Shown here piece after piece: positions 15,880 through 24,394 of a DNA stretch of 32,000 nucleotides (position 1 is the first letter of the stretch; the number at the start of each line of letters is the position of its first letter). Where the stretch lies: assembly GCA_003516025.1 (NCBI GenBank), contig CP023991.1, positions 1 through 32,000 of the forward strand, in the 5' to 3' direction. The notes beneath the pieces were generated by a model, which did no database searches, was not told where the DNA came from, and worked only from the letters and a program-made list of their open reading frames with translations. Both the position numbers and the translations under genes were made by a program. The DNA comes from Candidatus Saccharimonadota bacterium. Its GTDB lineage: Bacteria > Patescibacteriota > Saccharimonadia > Saccharimonadales > UBA4665.

Positions 15880-16446
15880 ATGGTCACAAAACAGGCGGCT
15901 CCGAGTAACAGACAAATCATACAGACGTTCTTAAAAACTGGAACCATTTCTTTTGGCGGATGGTCGACAACCGCCGTATTGCTAGAGAAAGAATTGGGCA
16001 GCAAAACTTATCGCCACAATCCGGTAGATCTAAAGGTCTCCATCACCTACGGGCAAATCTTGCCTGGCGCCACACAAGTCGCTATCGTATCCAATACCGG
16101 CTATCAGCTAAAAGGCTTTATAGGTGCTTTGCTGGCGACGGTGAGCTATTTACTGCCAGCAGTTAGCCTTGTCACGCTGTTTGCAATCATATACTTCGGG
16201 TATTTACAGGAAAGAAATATTACGGACCATATGGGTGGGCTAATTGCCGCCCTGAGCGGTATTATTCTCGCCAACGCTTGCAGAATCGGCCGTAAACACG
16301 TTACCCATCCGCTGCTCTGGGCATTAATTGCCGGGGTTTGTCTGGCGCAAGTTTTCGCGCACATGAATGCTTTGTTGATTATCCTGATATTTGGCGCGGC
16401 AGGGCTGGCCAAATCCGCCGCACAGACTAGAGAGAAAACTGTGTGA
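15880..16446 (+). CDS. chromate transporter (CHR family, short-chain), subunit 1
   Basis: FLKTGTISFGGWSTTAVLLEKEL and a multi-TM profile. Paired with the next gene, as is usual for split ChrA. Confidence 0.8.
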   Translation: MVTKQAAPSNRQIIQTFLKTGTISFGGWSTTAVLLEKELGSKTYRHNPVDLKVSITYGQILPGATQVAIVSNTGYQLKGFIGALLATVSYLLPAVSLVTLFAIIYFGYLQERNITDHMGGLIAALSGIILANACRIGRKHVTHPLLWALIAGVCLAQVFAHMNALLIILIFGAAGLAKSAAQTREKTV

Positions 16447-16961
16447 TCGCCGATATTGCACACCTGTTCGTTATTTCGTTGCTTATTAGCAGCGTGACGT
16501 TCGGCGGAGGATCACAGGCGTTATTTTATCAATACGGAGTACTGCAGACTGGCTGGATAAGCAAAACTGATTTATCGGCAGTGTTAGCTTTCGGCTATGC
16601 GACCCCCGGACCTGCAGCATTCGGCACGGCAACCTTTATTGGCTATAAGATAGGCGGGATAGGCGGAGCAGTCATCGGAACAATCGGTATATTCATCGTT
16701 CCGTTTTTGGCTTCTTTTTTGGCAGGAAAATATCTTAAGCATTTATTATCCGATCCCCGGGCTAAACATTTCGTACAGGGGATCGGTTTGGCCGCGGCCG
16801 GCTTAGTGGCCGCGGCGGCCTTCGGCGTAATTACAATCGAGACAGTTGGGGTATGGCACATTATTATCGCTGCGACGGCGCTTGTTGGATCGTTAAAGTG
16901 GAACGTTAATCCACTGGTGATATTACTAGCGGGACTGCTGGTAGGATTGATACTTTTATAA
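16443..16961 (+). CDS. chromate transporter (CHR family, short-chain), subunit 2
   Basis: SSVTFGGGSQALFYQYGVLQTGWISKTDLSAVLAFGYATPGPAAF. The GTG start overlaps the upstream TGA (GTGA), indicating coupling. Confidence 0.8.
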   Translation: MIADIAHLFVISLLISSVTFGGGSQALFYQYGVLQTGWISKTDLSAVLAFGYATPGPAAFGTATFIGYKIGGIGGAVIGTIGIFIVPFLASFLAGKYLKHLLSDPRAKHFVQGIGLAAAGLVAAAAFGVITIETVGVWHIIIAATALVGSLKWNVNPLVILLAGLLVGLILL

Positions 16962-17216
16962 ATTAGACCATTCCTAAGAGTGGGGCCAGAGGACATCACT
17001 TTTAATTGGCATTACTTAGAGATAGATAGAGCCTATCGAAAACCGGCATGAAACTCAAATACCGGGTGGCACATAGCGCATACAAAGCTTTTGTATTGTA
17101 GTCCTTCTATAATAGAGAGTAATAGAAATAGATAGAAAGCTGCTTTATCTGTTAGAATACTGTGTATAAGTATGTGGGTACAATTGATAGCTTGAGGGAG
17201 TACAGGGGTAGTTAGC

Positions 17217-17789
17217 ATGACGAAACTACGAATCGATTTATTTAGCGGCACATTAGAAGTCGACGGTGAAGAAGGCTTCGTACGATCGGTATACGACGAC
17301 TTTAAGGACCAGCTGCTTAAGGTACGCGGCGGCACGGCGGCTCAGACAGGCTTGAACGTACCAGCCACAACCAGCGAGACGGCCGCACCCGAGGAGACAC
17401 CAAGTGTTAAACCGCCTAAGCCTGTCCGGGTGGGCAGCCGTTCGCGCGGCGCAGCTGGGCTGGCGCTATCCAAAGACCTTGACCTGTCGGCCACCGCCAA
17501 TGACCTTGATCTAGGTGATTTCTATGCCGCTAAATCTCCACAGAGCGCCATGGAGCGTAACGCGGTATTCGTCTACTACCTGCAGCGCATTGCCGGAATC
17601 AGCCGCATAACCATTAACCATGTGTATACATGTTATAAATACGTCAACGTTAAATATCCTAATGCCCTCAAGCAGAGCCTGGCAGACACGTCGAGCCGCA
17701 AGAATTGGCTCAATACCAGCTCGTTCGATGATATCCAGTTATCGGCTGCCGGAGAGAATTACGTTGAACACGACCTGCCGGGGCGATAA
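17217..17789 (+). CDS. hypothetical protein, 190 aa
   Basis: ORF preceded by purine-rich GAGGGAG/AGGGG. It has a low-complexity Pro/Ala/Ser middle and a structured C-terminal domain. No family recognised. Confidence 0.6.
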   Translation: MTKLRIDLFSGTLEVDGEEGFVRSVYDDFKDQLLKVRGGTAAQTGLNVPATTSETAAPEETPSVKPPKPVRVGSRSRGAAGLALSKDLDLSATANDLDLGDFYAAKSPQSAMERNAVFVYYLQRIAGISRITINHVYTCYKYVNVKYPNALKQSLADTSSRKNWLNTSSFDDIQLSAAGENYVEHDLPGR

Positions 17790-17951
17790 CCGCCGCGTGG
17801 CCAACTGTGCTTAAAATAGTATGTTGAGTATAAGCGTCAGCAGCACACTAAGCACAATGCTTATGATGAGACTGGGCCAAAAGAAGAATTTTACTTTCAT
17901 GTATGTAGCCTATCGCATCCGGCCGAATTGACAGGTGAAAAATTACACCCA

Positions 17952-18845
17952 TCATGCTAAGGCAATGGTTTTAAGCAGGCCGGGGCAGATCTCGATCCGC
18001 ACGTCAGTGTTTTTTGGCAAATCTATTACTTCGCCGTCACACTGCAGTGGTGTCGGGCGAACCACCGTAAAAGCATAGCTTTTGAGCCGTTTTTCAGCAC
18101 CCAGGTGGCCAATAACACCCTTGAGCAGCCGTAACAGCAACAGCAATTTACGGTTGTGCTCAAACACTGTCAGTTCGAACAGACCATCTTGGGGATGGGC
18201 TTTTTTAGAAAAACTTAACACCTTAGCCATCTCTGGGATAGTACTACAGATGAGGCTGTCGACTTGGACCTTTTTGTCCTCAACCAGTATTTTAACCGGC
18301 TTGTAATGCCAAAATGTCTTTACGACGATAAACGCTTCCTTCAGTGAGTTAAGGGTATGCTTGTTCAGTTCGACTGCTACTGTTGGCGTCAGTCCTATGC
18401 CGGCGTACGAGTGAGCATAACGAACGGTCGGGGTCTGGTTAATAACATACGATACCTTGAGCAGGTCCAGGTGAGTTACGGCATCGTTATGAATAAGCTC
18501 AACCAGCGGCTTAGAGTGCATGGTACGGGCGTGATCGTTAGCGTTACCGGAGGGTAAAACAGCGCAAATTGGCTGCGCGCCCTCGGACTGCGCCTTCATA
18601 GCACCGTTAACTACCTCGTTATAGCCGCCGTCGCCGCTGGCAGAAATTATAAGCGGCCTCTGGTGCTTACGGGCAAAATCATAGGCGAGATTGGCCGCAT
18701 GACCAGCCCGCTCGGTCGGCAACAACGTGATACCTATACCTGACAGTGACTGTTTGAGATCCGCCGCCAAGCCTTCGGCGTTACGCGGCGCGTCGCCGGT
18801 ACTGTTGGGGTTATAAATAATTGCTACCTGGTTAAACTGCGGCAT
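17952..18845 (-). CDS. diacylglycerol kinase-family lipid kinase (YegS/DagK-like)
   Basis: QVAIIYNPNSTGD and ISASGDGGYNEVVNG match the DAGK catalytic domain motifs. Start set at ATG 18845 (MPQFNQVAIIYNP), with TATACT 6 nt upstream. The track start 18914 overlaps the divergent gene. Confidence 0.8.
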   Translation of the reverse strand: MPQFNQVAIIYNPNSTGDAPRNAEGLAADLKQSLSGIGITLLPTERAGHAANLAYDFARKHQRPLIISASGDGGYNEVVNGAMKAQSEGAQPICAVLPSGNANDHARTMHSKPLVELIHNDAVTHLDLLKVSYVINQTPTVRYAHSYAGIGLTPTVAVELNKHTLNSLKEAFIVVKTFWHYKPVKILVEDKKVQVDSLICSTIPEMAKVLSFSKKAHPQDGLFELTVFEHNRKLLLLLRLLKGVIGHLGAEKRLKSYAFTVVRPTPLQCDGEVIDLPKNTDVRIEICPGLLKTIALA

Positions 18846-18851
18846 ATACCT

Positions 18852-18886
18852 AGTATAGCGGCAGAGGGCCGCTATTGGGGTATGAT
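18852..18886. promoter_or_regulatory. divergent -10 pair for the lipid kinase and the SGNH hydrolase
   Basis: Minus-strand TATACT (18852-18857) lies 6 nt before ATG 18845. Plus-strand TATGAT (18881-18886) lies 6 nt before ATG 18893. GCGGC..GCCGC dyad lies between them. Confidence 0.45.
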
Positions 18887-18892
18887 GAACAG

Positions 18893-19651
18893 ATGAAAGC
18901 ATTGCCCGGTTCAAAAGTACTCCTGATTGTATTGGTTATTATCGGCTTGCTCGTTTGTCTGGTAGTGGTTAATTACCTTGCAATCCGTTATAACGGCACG
19001 AACGTGCCAGCTCCCACCATTCCCCGGCAGCCTGAGCAATATGGTCGGGGAAGGCCCATTACATACGCCGTACTGGGTGATAGCACTTCTATTTCGCAAG
19101 GTGGTGATTACGACAAGGGTTACGCCCGGGGCAGCGCCCGCTACCTAGCGAGTAAGGGCTATCTTGTGAGTTTTCAAAACTTTGGTATTTCCGGTGCCCG
19201 AACGGCAGACTTACTGCGAAAGCAGGTCCCAAAAGCGGCAACTTTGCGGCCGGATATCGTTCTCATAGCTGTAGGCGCTAACGATACGACGCATTTTACC
19301 AATATTACGAGCGTGCGGCGCGACCTGGCACAGTCCATTGCTGATTTGCGAAAGGCCAATCCAACGATAAAAATTCTGTTGACCGGATCGCCGCAAATGG
19401 GCTCGGTGCCTCGTTTCCCGGAACCAAGTAAAACTATTATGAGACAGCGCAGCGCGCAGGTTAACAGAGCCGTTCGTGAATTAGTGGATGATAAACAGGT
19501 TTTCTTCGTACCAATTGCCGACGAGACCGGCCCAGTGTTTATGCGGCATCCGGATTATTACGCGGCCGATAAGTTTCACCCCAATACTACTGGTTACGGG
19601 ATATGGACACCAGTGGTTACTAAAGTATTAGACCATGCTATAGGCCAATAA
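18893..19651 (+). CDS. SGNH/GDSL-family hydrolase with an N-terminal membrane anchor
   Basis: The SGNH blocks are:
- block I: AVLGDSTS
- block II: GISGART
- block III: AVGANDT
- block V: DKFHPN
The N-terminal anchor is VLLIVLVIIGLLVCLVVV. The track ORF uses TTG 18875; ATG 18893 is preferred. Confidence 0.8.
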   Translation: MKALPGSKVLLIVLVIIGLLVCLVVVNYLAIRYNGTNVPAPTIPRQPEQYGRGRPITYAVLGDSTSISQGGDYDKGYARGSARYLASKGYLVSFQNFGISGARTADLLRKQVPKAATLRPDIVLIAVGANDTTHFTNITSVRRDLAQSIADLRKANPTIKILLTGSPQMGSVPRFPEPSKTIMRQRSAQVNRAVRELVDDKQVFFVPIADETGPVFMRHPDYYAADKFHPNTTGYGIWTPVVTKVLDHAIGQ

Positions 19652-19684
19652 AAAAGCAGCTCCGGTGTAGGCTCCGGGCTGCTT
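19646..19684 (-). terminator. rho-independent terminator (minus strand; A-run gives weak plus-strand function)
   Basis: Minus strand reads AAGCAGCCC..GAGCTGCTT followed by TTTTTTATT. It lies downstream of the 51-aa ORF and just after the SGNH gene stop. Confidence 0.6.
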
Positions 19685-19746
19685 AAAGTGTGGAATAAGA
19701 AAATGGGGGATGGATGGAAGTAGCAGAAGTGGCAGTATTACTGAAG

Positions 19747-19902
19747 TTATCGGATAAGATAACGGTCGTCGGCGTAATCGGTATTAGTCAATGACTTCTT
19801 GAATTCAAGTTTTCGTTCCATGCGCTCGATAAATGAACGGCGACGGGCTACTTCAGCCTCAGAATCAATGTCTTTGTTGTTGTCTAAGAATCCTCTGGAC
19901 AT
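19747..19902 (-). CDS. small charged protein, 51 aa (below the ORF-track cutoff)
   Basis: Hand translation gives MSRGFLDNNKDIDSEAEVARRRSFIERMERKLEFKKSLTNTDYADDRYLIR. A strong SD (GGAGGAG) lies 6 nt upstream of the ATG, and a terminator follows. Confidence 0.55.
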   Translation of the reverse strand: MSRGFLDNNKDIDSEAEVARRRSFIERMERKLEFKKSLTNTDYADDRYLIR

Positions 19903-20059
19903 CTCTGTCTCCTCCATTTATCGTTTGTACTTATCAGTCTGAAGCATAAGCCACACTGTGTATGTGAATTATTTAGCACATGTGGTGTGTGGTTCGTCAC
20001 ATTGTTCAAGTGCTTAGCATTACAAGCTTATTTGTCGCTATTTAAAAGGTGCTTGGAAA

Positions 20060-20096
20060 CTACAAAACTCCGTGGATCTTTCACGGAGTTTTGTAG
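20060..20096 (-). terminator. perfect 15-bp hairpin, probable terminator
   Basis: CTACAAAACTCCGTG (20060-20074) and CACGGAGTTTTGTAG (20082-20096) are exact complements with a 7-nt loop. On the minus strand the stem ends in UUUUGUAGUUU. Confidence 0.6.
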
Positions 20097-20150
20097 TCCG
20101 ACCACTACGTCTCCCTGCTGGAAGAGTGATCGGAAGAAGAGCAAAAGCTA

Positions 20151-20291
20151 CTATCGGCCGGTGTCGTCAAGGGCAACATCCGGGTGCAGGCAAGGCATAT
20201 CGATGCTCAAATGAGCAGTTGTTTCGGCGCGGTAGCCGCGACGTGATATTCGGTGAGTATTGTGTATTGCGCTGGCTGTGTTAGTAATCAT
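20151..20291 (-). CDS. candidate small protein, 46 aa
   Basis: Hand translation gives MITNTASAIHNTHRISRRGYRAETTAHLSIDMPCLHPDVALDDTGR. AGGAG lies 9 nt upstream of the ATG, and TATAGT (20317-20322) lies about 25 nt upstream. The hairpin 20060-20096 lies downstream. Confidence 0.35.
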   Translation of the reverse strand: MITNTASAIHNTHRISRRGYRAETTAHLSIDMPCLHPDVALDDTGR

Positions 20292-20388
20292 TTCGCTTAT
20301 CTCCTTTGTATTCATCACTATACGAGACTAAGCCTAAGCACAATATAAAAAATCCTACACTGATTATGTTTTTGTGTATTTGCCAGCA

Positions 20389-20610
20389 TTACTGCCCGGT
20401 GTGGTCAGTCCGGTTGGTCGGCAGTGTAGTACCGTTAGCGTAGGTTGCATCATCGGTAGCGGGCACGGTTTGGTGGAATTCGACAGTGTAATTACTTTGC
20501 TGGAACTGAGCGCTGGAGAAATCGTAAGAAAGATAGACGAGTATTGTAAATAAAGCCGCAATTGTAAGCAGCTCAAATGTAATACGCAGCCTCTCCTGAA
20601 CTATCTCCAT
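20389..20610 (-). CDS. small single-pass membrane protein, 73 aa
   Basis: TM segment LLTIAALFTILVYLSY is followed by a polar Thr/Asn-rich tail. Its own consensus promoter lies 11 nt upstream. The overlapping frame 20364-20576 is rejected. Confidence 0.5.
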   Translation of the reverse strand: MEIVQERLRITFELLTIAALFTILVYLSYDFSSAQFQQSNYTVEFHQTVPATDDATYANGTTLPTNRTDHTGQ

Positions 20611-20621
20611 AGTAGATTGAT

Positions 20622-20650
20622 ATTTTACTACTTTATTTACTTTTTGTCAA
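20622..20650 (-). promoter_or_regulatory. sigma70-type promoter TTGACA-17-TAAAAT
   Basis: Minus strand reads ATTGACAAAAAGTAAATAAAGTAGTAAAAT. The -35 is 20645-20650 and the -10 is 20622-20627. Confidence 0.55.
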
Positions 20651-20668
20651 TATAGTAATGGAGCGTCC

Positions 20669-23083
20669 TTAGTAGGCACGTGCCTGAATAGAGGACCCAG
20701 TAAGGTGTACCTGGTAGTAGACCCCATTTGAAATAGTACCTATAACAGGATCACAGCCGTCATCAATACCATCGTTGTCCTGATCGACATGAGCGCTTGG
20801 CAAGTCTCCACACCCAGAGTCAGGCAGGGCGCCAGAACAGTCAGCTCCCGTAACGTATATAACTTTATGTATGTCCACGGGTTGATTGAGCATGTTCGGC
20901 CCAAGCACGTGTAGGGTGTGGTACCCGCAGCCAATGTCTTTTGGCAGAATGATATATCCGGCCACCACACCAAGCGTATCAGTTGTAATGCTTGACACGG
21001 ACGGGCCGCCGGCATCCAGCTTTACATCGTAAGTAGCGTTGGGAGGTAACAATATAGAAGACGAGTCCACACTAACCGGGATGTTCAGGTTACGGTTTAC
21101 TACGTCCGGTAGTAGATTGCTGTCGCTCGCCGATACTTTAGTGGGCCGCCCGGTTTTAGGCGCGTTGGCGAGTGGTAATTCACCACTCGGCGAAGAAGGA
21201 GGATTCACCGCTAGAGACTGCAGGTTATCGGTTCGAGCAAGGATAGTCCGCATCAGTAGCTCATGCCCAAAAGCATTTGGGTGATAACTCTCAGCACCAA
21301 TTATTTTTAGGCTACCGAAGCCGCCCTCATTACCAGCAGTCAAGCCGTTGACAGCCACCTGGTTGTCGGGACCTTCACACATCCGATGGCCATTAAGAGC
21401 GTCGCTCACGTCGACGTACCGCGCACCAACTGATTCGGCTGCAGTTTTTATTGTTTGATTCAGTACATCCGTCAAGTCGTTAAACAGTATGATTTCCTGG
21501 TTACTCAAATGAACGTTGGCAGCACAACTACCACCGCTTTTAACAATTTGCGGATAGCCTATCACATACAGCACCCTGCCAGGAGCCGCTAATAACAAGT
21601 AAGCACTCCGTAGTTTACTGCCTATAGCGGTAATTCTTTCTTTCAGCTCAACCTGGTCTTCGTACGAGTTAAAGCACGTATTGTCCTTAAGAGTCGGCAT
21701 GACGCATTGCTTTACAATATCCGCGAAGCCAATGTCATTACCACCAATTGACAAACTAAGGACCTGGGGGCTGTGTGTTTGCGCGAATTCCAGCTGCGAC
21801 AGGTAGCCCGGCGAGAAGTTCATAAGAATAGTACCGCTATTATTCCTGTCTTTACGAGCTATGCCGTCTCGTGTTTGGCCTTTATATACTTCAGACTGAC
21901 TGGTAACATCAATAATTCTGGCTCCAGAACAGGCGACTGAGTGTCCGCTCGCGAACAGTAGAGAGCTGAGGAGTAAGGGATACGATAAACCGGAAGTGTG
22001 GCAGCCGTTCGTGGCAGTGTCAGTATCTTGAATGTAATTGAATGCCCCTTGGCCGGACGCATAGGAATCACCCATACCAAGGTATTGGATGCCGCTCGGA
22101 CTTTCACCCGGAGCAGTCAATGTATAGTAGGCAACTTTAAAATTATTAGGACCAATGGTGTCATACTTTACAGCCAGGCTTAGCTGAGTGCCGTTAATAA
22201 AATGGGGTTCAAAAGCATTGTTAAAACTTGGAACTTGTGTTTTCAAGCTCGGCCAATAATCACGTAATTGGCATTTTGGCTTTAGGCGGTCAACTGGCAA
22301 GCTGGAGTCACGACAGCTTTGCACATCGTAGACTTCCAGTCGCTCCCATTGTACGGGTTTTATGGCGACATAGCGGCCGTCGTTCGACACGGAGATGTCA
22401 GCTTGGTGTGAAGTATAGTCTCCGGCTCCATTAAAAGCGGGCGCGAAGGGGATTACTTCAAAGGTGGACATGTTAACCCTGACGAAGCCTTTGGAATATA
22501 ATTCAATTACCATCCAATTGCCATTTGAAGAGAAAGCCATATTATCAGGGTTTACAGGCATGAGTCGACCGTCGGTGTCGCGAAAACTAAAATCAGGCGG
22601 CGCATTCAAGGTGTATTTTCGCAAGGCGTGGGTTACGGAATCATACGCAGGCCGAATTTTACTAAGGATTGAACTGTACAGATGCATGTAGACACCAACT
22701 ACTGGAGCGCTGCTGTATCCGATGACCGCCGATTGTCCAGGAACCGGACTGACACTTGACACATACGCCTGCGGTTCTATCTTTACGGCTTCTGAACTGC
22801 CAGTAAATACAACCTTGTTACTGTCGGCCAGACCATAGGGCGTCTGCTGCATACACAGGTTGCGCATGACCGTTTCATTGATATACCGCGCAGTTATTGG
22901 CAGGCAGGGGAAATTGCTAACCGAAGGGGTCGTATTATCCGGCAGGTCGGCAATCTTCCGTAATGTCGGGTCGCCGCTTCTAGTCCATGATCCATCACTT
23001 TCCAGCGCGAAAGCTATGCCCACAACACCGAAGAGCACTATAAAAACTAAAATACCGAACCACGTTTTGCGCTTGAACATCAC
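20669..23083 (-). CDS. large secreted or anchored multidomain SGNH/GDSL hydrolase (804 aa)
   Basis: Signal/anchor KTWFGILVFIVLFGVVGIAFA. The N-terminal ~330 aa are beta-rich. SGNH blocks are GMGDSYASGQG, SIGGNDIGF and SYHPNAFGH. The C-terminus has a calcium-binding-like DQDNDGIDDGCD. GGAG SD is present, with TTGCAT-17-TATATT upstream. Confidence 0.8.
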   Translation of the reverse strand: MMFKRKTWFGILVFIVLFGVVGIAFALESDGSWTRSGDPTLRKIADLPDNTTPSVSNFPCLPITARYINETVMRNLCMQQTPYGLADSNKVVFTGSSEAVKIEPQAYVSSVSPVPGQSAVIGYSSAPVVGVYMHLYSSILSKIRPAYDSVTHALRKYTLNAPPDFSFRDTDGRLMPVNPDNMAFSSNGNWMVIELYSKGFVRVNMSTFEVIPFAPAFNGAGDYTSHQADISVSNDGRYVAIKPVQWERLEVYDVQSCRDSSLPVDRLKPKCQLRDYWPSLKTQVPSFNNAFEPHFINGTQLSLAVKYDTIGPNNFKVAYYTLTAPGESPSGIQYLGMGDSYASGQGAFNYIQDTDTATNGCHTSGLSYPLLLSSLLFASGHSVACSGARIIDVTSQSEVYKGQTRDGIARKDRNNSGTILMNFSPGYLSQLEFAQTHSPQVLSLSIGGNDIGFADIVKQCVMPTLKDNTCFNSYEDQVELKERITAIGSKLRSAYLLLAAPGRVLYVIGYPQIVKSGGSCAANVHLSNQEIILFNDLTDVLNQTIKTAAESVGARYVDVSDALNGHRMCEGPDNQVAVNGLTAGNEGGFGSLKIIGAESYHPNAFGHELLMRTILARTDNLQSLAVNPPSSPSGELPLANAPKTGRPTKVSASDSNLLPDVVNRNLNIPVSVDSSSILLPPNATYDVKLDAGGPSVSSITTDTLGVVAGYIILPKDIGCGYHTLHVLGPNMLNQPVDIHKVIYVTGADCSGALPDSGCGDLPSAHVDQDNDGIDDGCDPVIGTISNGVYYQVHLTGSSIQARAY

Positions 23084-23172
23084 CTACTCCATGAATGTGG
23101 CGCTGAATATAACGTTATGGAATTTGGAATGCAAGCATGGGCATGAATTGACCCATTTTTGGTTCTATCCGG

Positions 23173-23922
23173 CTAGAACCGGATCCGGCGCATCAAGCGG
23201 TCGATAGCATCGTGTGAGCGGGCCTCAATAGGCAGGTAAGCAGCCAGTACATCAAGAATGCGTTCTTCGTCAGCGGGATCAAAATAAATGCTCATAGTAG
23301 GCATGAAGCGCTTGAGGGGCATGAGAGCAATGCTTTGAAAAGGGCCTTCCTGCATAACGGAAAAACCACGAAAGTTGCTGTAGGCATAGAAGCGGCGGCC
23401 AATAGTAATACCGTGGTCATCAACGCTATACTGCATCTCACGGGGTTTACGGCTGGCCGCGTAGCCAAAGATAATACTAACGATAACAGCCGTGCCGACT
23501 GACAAGGCGTCACGCGTAATCAACCAGACCAGCGCGGTTATGAGGATGGCTACCCCGACGAGGGCCAAATACCAGTTGGCTGATTTTTCATGAGCTATAA
23601 ATTCAGACGCCGTCCAGCTAACAGAATCGCCCACATGCTGCATACGCAGATCGGCAGGCTGCGGTTCGTCCTGATAACCGGGCTGATACTGAGGAACGTA
23701 TGATTGCTGATCCGGTGCCGGCGACTCGGTGGAACGGAAAAAATGCTGCTCCTCGGGAGCGCCCGGCGGGGCAGGCGATTGTGCCGATGGGCTGCCCGGC
23801 GTTACAACCTGTGATGGTTGCGGCGCGCCGTCATTTTGACGCATCGAAACAGTGTCTCCGGGCTTGAACTCCTCGCTACCTCCAGAATTGCCGGTACCGT
23901 CCGGCTGGGAATCACGATCCAT
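23173..23922 (-). CDS. membrane protein: Pro/Gln-rich N-terminus, two TM segments, PH-like (YdbS/YdbT-type) C-terminal domain
   Basis: TM hairpin WYLALVGVAILITALVWLI / VGTAVIVSIIFGYAA, followed by YSVDDHGITIGRRFYAYSNFRGF. Start set at ATG 23922 (MDRDSQ). The track extension to 23994 would cover a promoter and a terminator. Confidence 0.65.
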   Translation of the reverse strand: MDRDSQPDGTGNSGGSEEFKPGDTVSMRQNDGAPQPSQVVTPGSPSAQSPAPPGAPEEQHFFRSTESPAPDQQSYVPQYQPGYQDEPQPADLRMQHVGDSVSWTASEFIAHEKSANWYLALVGVAILITALVWLITRDALSVGTAVIVSIIFGYAASRKPREMQYSVDDHGITIGRRFYAYSNFRGFSVMQEGPFQSIALMPLKRFMPTMSIYFDPADEERILDVLAAYLPIEARSHDAIDRLMRRIRF

Positions 23923-23929
23923 AAGCGCT

Positions 23930-23958
23930 ATTGTACCTGATTGCTGTCTAAGATACAA
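23930..23958 (-). promoter_or_regulatory. promoter TTGTAT-17-TACAAT, 7 nt upstream of the ATG
   Basis: The -35 is 23953-23958 and the -10 is 23930-23935 (minus strand), followed by AGCGCTT and ATG 23922. No SD. Confidence 0.5.
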
Positions 23959-23992
23959 AAGCTCGATGCTCCGGGACCGGTACGCTTGGGGC

Positions 23993-24019
23993 AATAAAAA
24001 AGCCCGACGGCGTCGGACT
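23993..24019 (-). terminator. rho-independent terminator after tRNA-Ser(GCU)
   Basis: Minus strand reads AGTCCGAC-GCC-GTCGGGCT followed by TTTTTTATT. Confidence 0.6.
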
Positions 24020-24027
24020 CTTTATTT

Positions 24028-24120
24028 TGGCGGAGAGAGAGGGATTCGAACCCTCGCTGGGACTCGCGCCCCACTAACGATTTAGCAAACCGTCCCCTTC
24101 AGCCACTTGGGTACCTCTCC
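24028..24120 (-). tRNA. tRNA-Ser (anticodon GCU)
   Basis: Reverse complement is GGAGAGGTACCCAAGTGG...ACGGT-TTGCTAA-ATCGT...long variable arm...GGTTCGAATCCCTCTCTCTCCGCCA. Confidence 0.9.
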
Positions 24121-24233
24121 GTGGCAATTGCATTATTGTAACAGCTATAAATACGTGGTGGAAGGCGAAAAGTGCCGGCGGCGCTTTTTGTAGACGCCAG
24201 CGACGCGTCGTTACCATGACTACTGATATTACC

Positions 24234-24323
24234 TGGCGGAAGGGGTGGGATTCGAACCCACGGTACCGTTGCCGGCACGACGGTTTTCAAGACCGTTTCC
24301 TTAAACCGCTCGGACACCCTTCC
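24234..24323 (-). tRNA. tRNA-Ser (anticodon UGA)
   Basis: Reverse complement is GGAAGGGTGTCCGAGCGG...ACGGT-CTTGAAA-ACCGT...long variable arm...GGTTCGAATCCCACCCCTTCCGCCA. Confidence 0.9.
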
Positions 24324-24349
24324 AGGATATTAACGGCTGTAACGGAGTG

Positions 24350-24379
24350 ATTATAACAGATACGGCGGCCTTTTACCAA
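24350..24379 (-). promoter_or_regulatory. promoter TTGGTA-18-TATAAT for tRNA-Ser(UGA)
   Basis: The -10 TATAAT is 24350-24355 and the -35 is 24374-24379 (minus strand), 26 nt upstream of the mature tRNA 5' end. Confidence 0.5.
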
Positions 24380-24394
24380 ACAGTTATCACCCTT

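Noticed and set aside
16990-17216. ATAGATAG-containing short repeats and the near-palindrome TACAAAGCTTTTGTA upstream of 17217
   Set aside because: The repeats are short, imperfect and AT-rich. They are compatible with chance in an intergenic promoter region, and no consistent structure or spacing was seen.
17811-17900. 29-aa hydrophobic ORF (MKVKFFFWPSLIISIVLSVLLTLILNILF) downstream of the lipid kinase gene
   Set aside because: It has no SD and only a weak -10-like TAGGCT, and it is too short to judge from sequence alone. It may be real but is unsupported.
19987-20284. Plus-strand track ORFs 19987-20214 and 20072-20284
   Set aside because: They overlap each other and the 15-bp hairpin, lack SDs and promoters, and are Arg/Cys-rich. 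The minus-strand small ORFs have much better signals.
23155-23185. Hairpin GGTTCT..AGAACC overlapping the stop codon of the 23173-23922 gene, as a terminator
   Set aside because: On the coding (minus) strand the stem is followed by an A-run, not a U-run. The next gene's promoter follows closely, so it is not a canonical intrinsic terminator.
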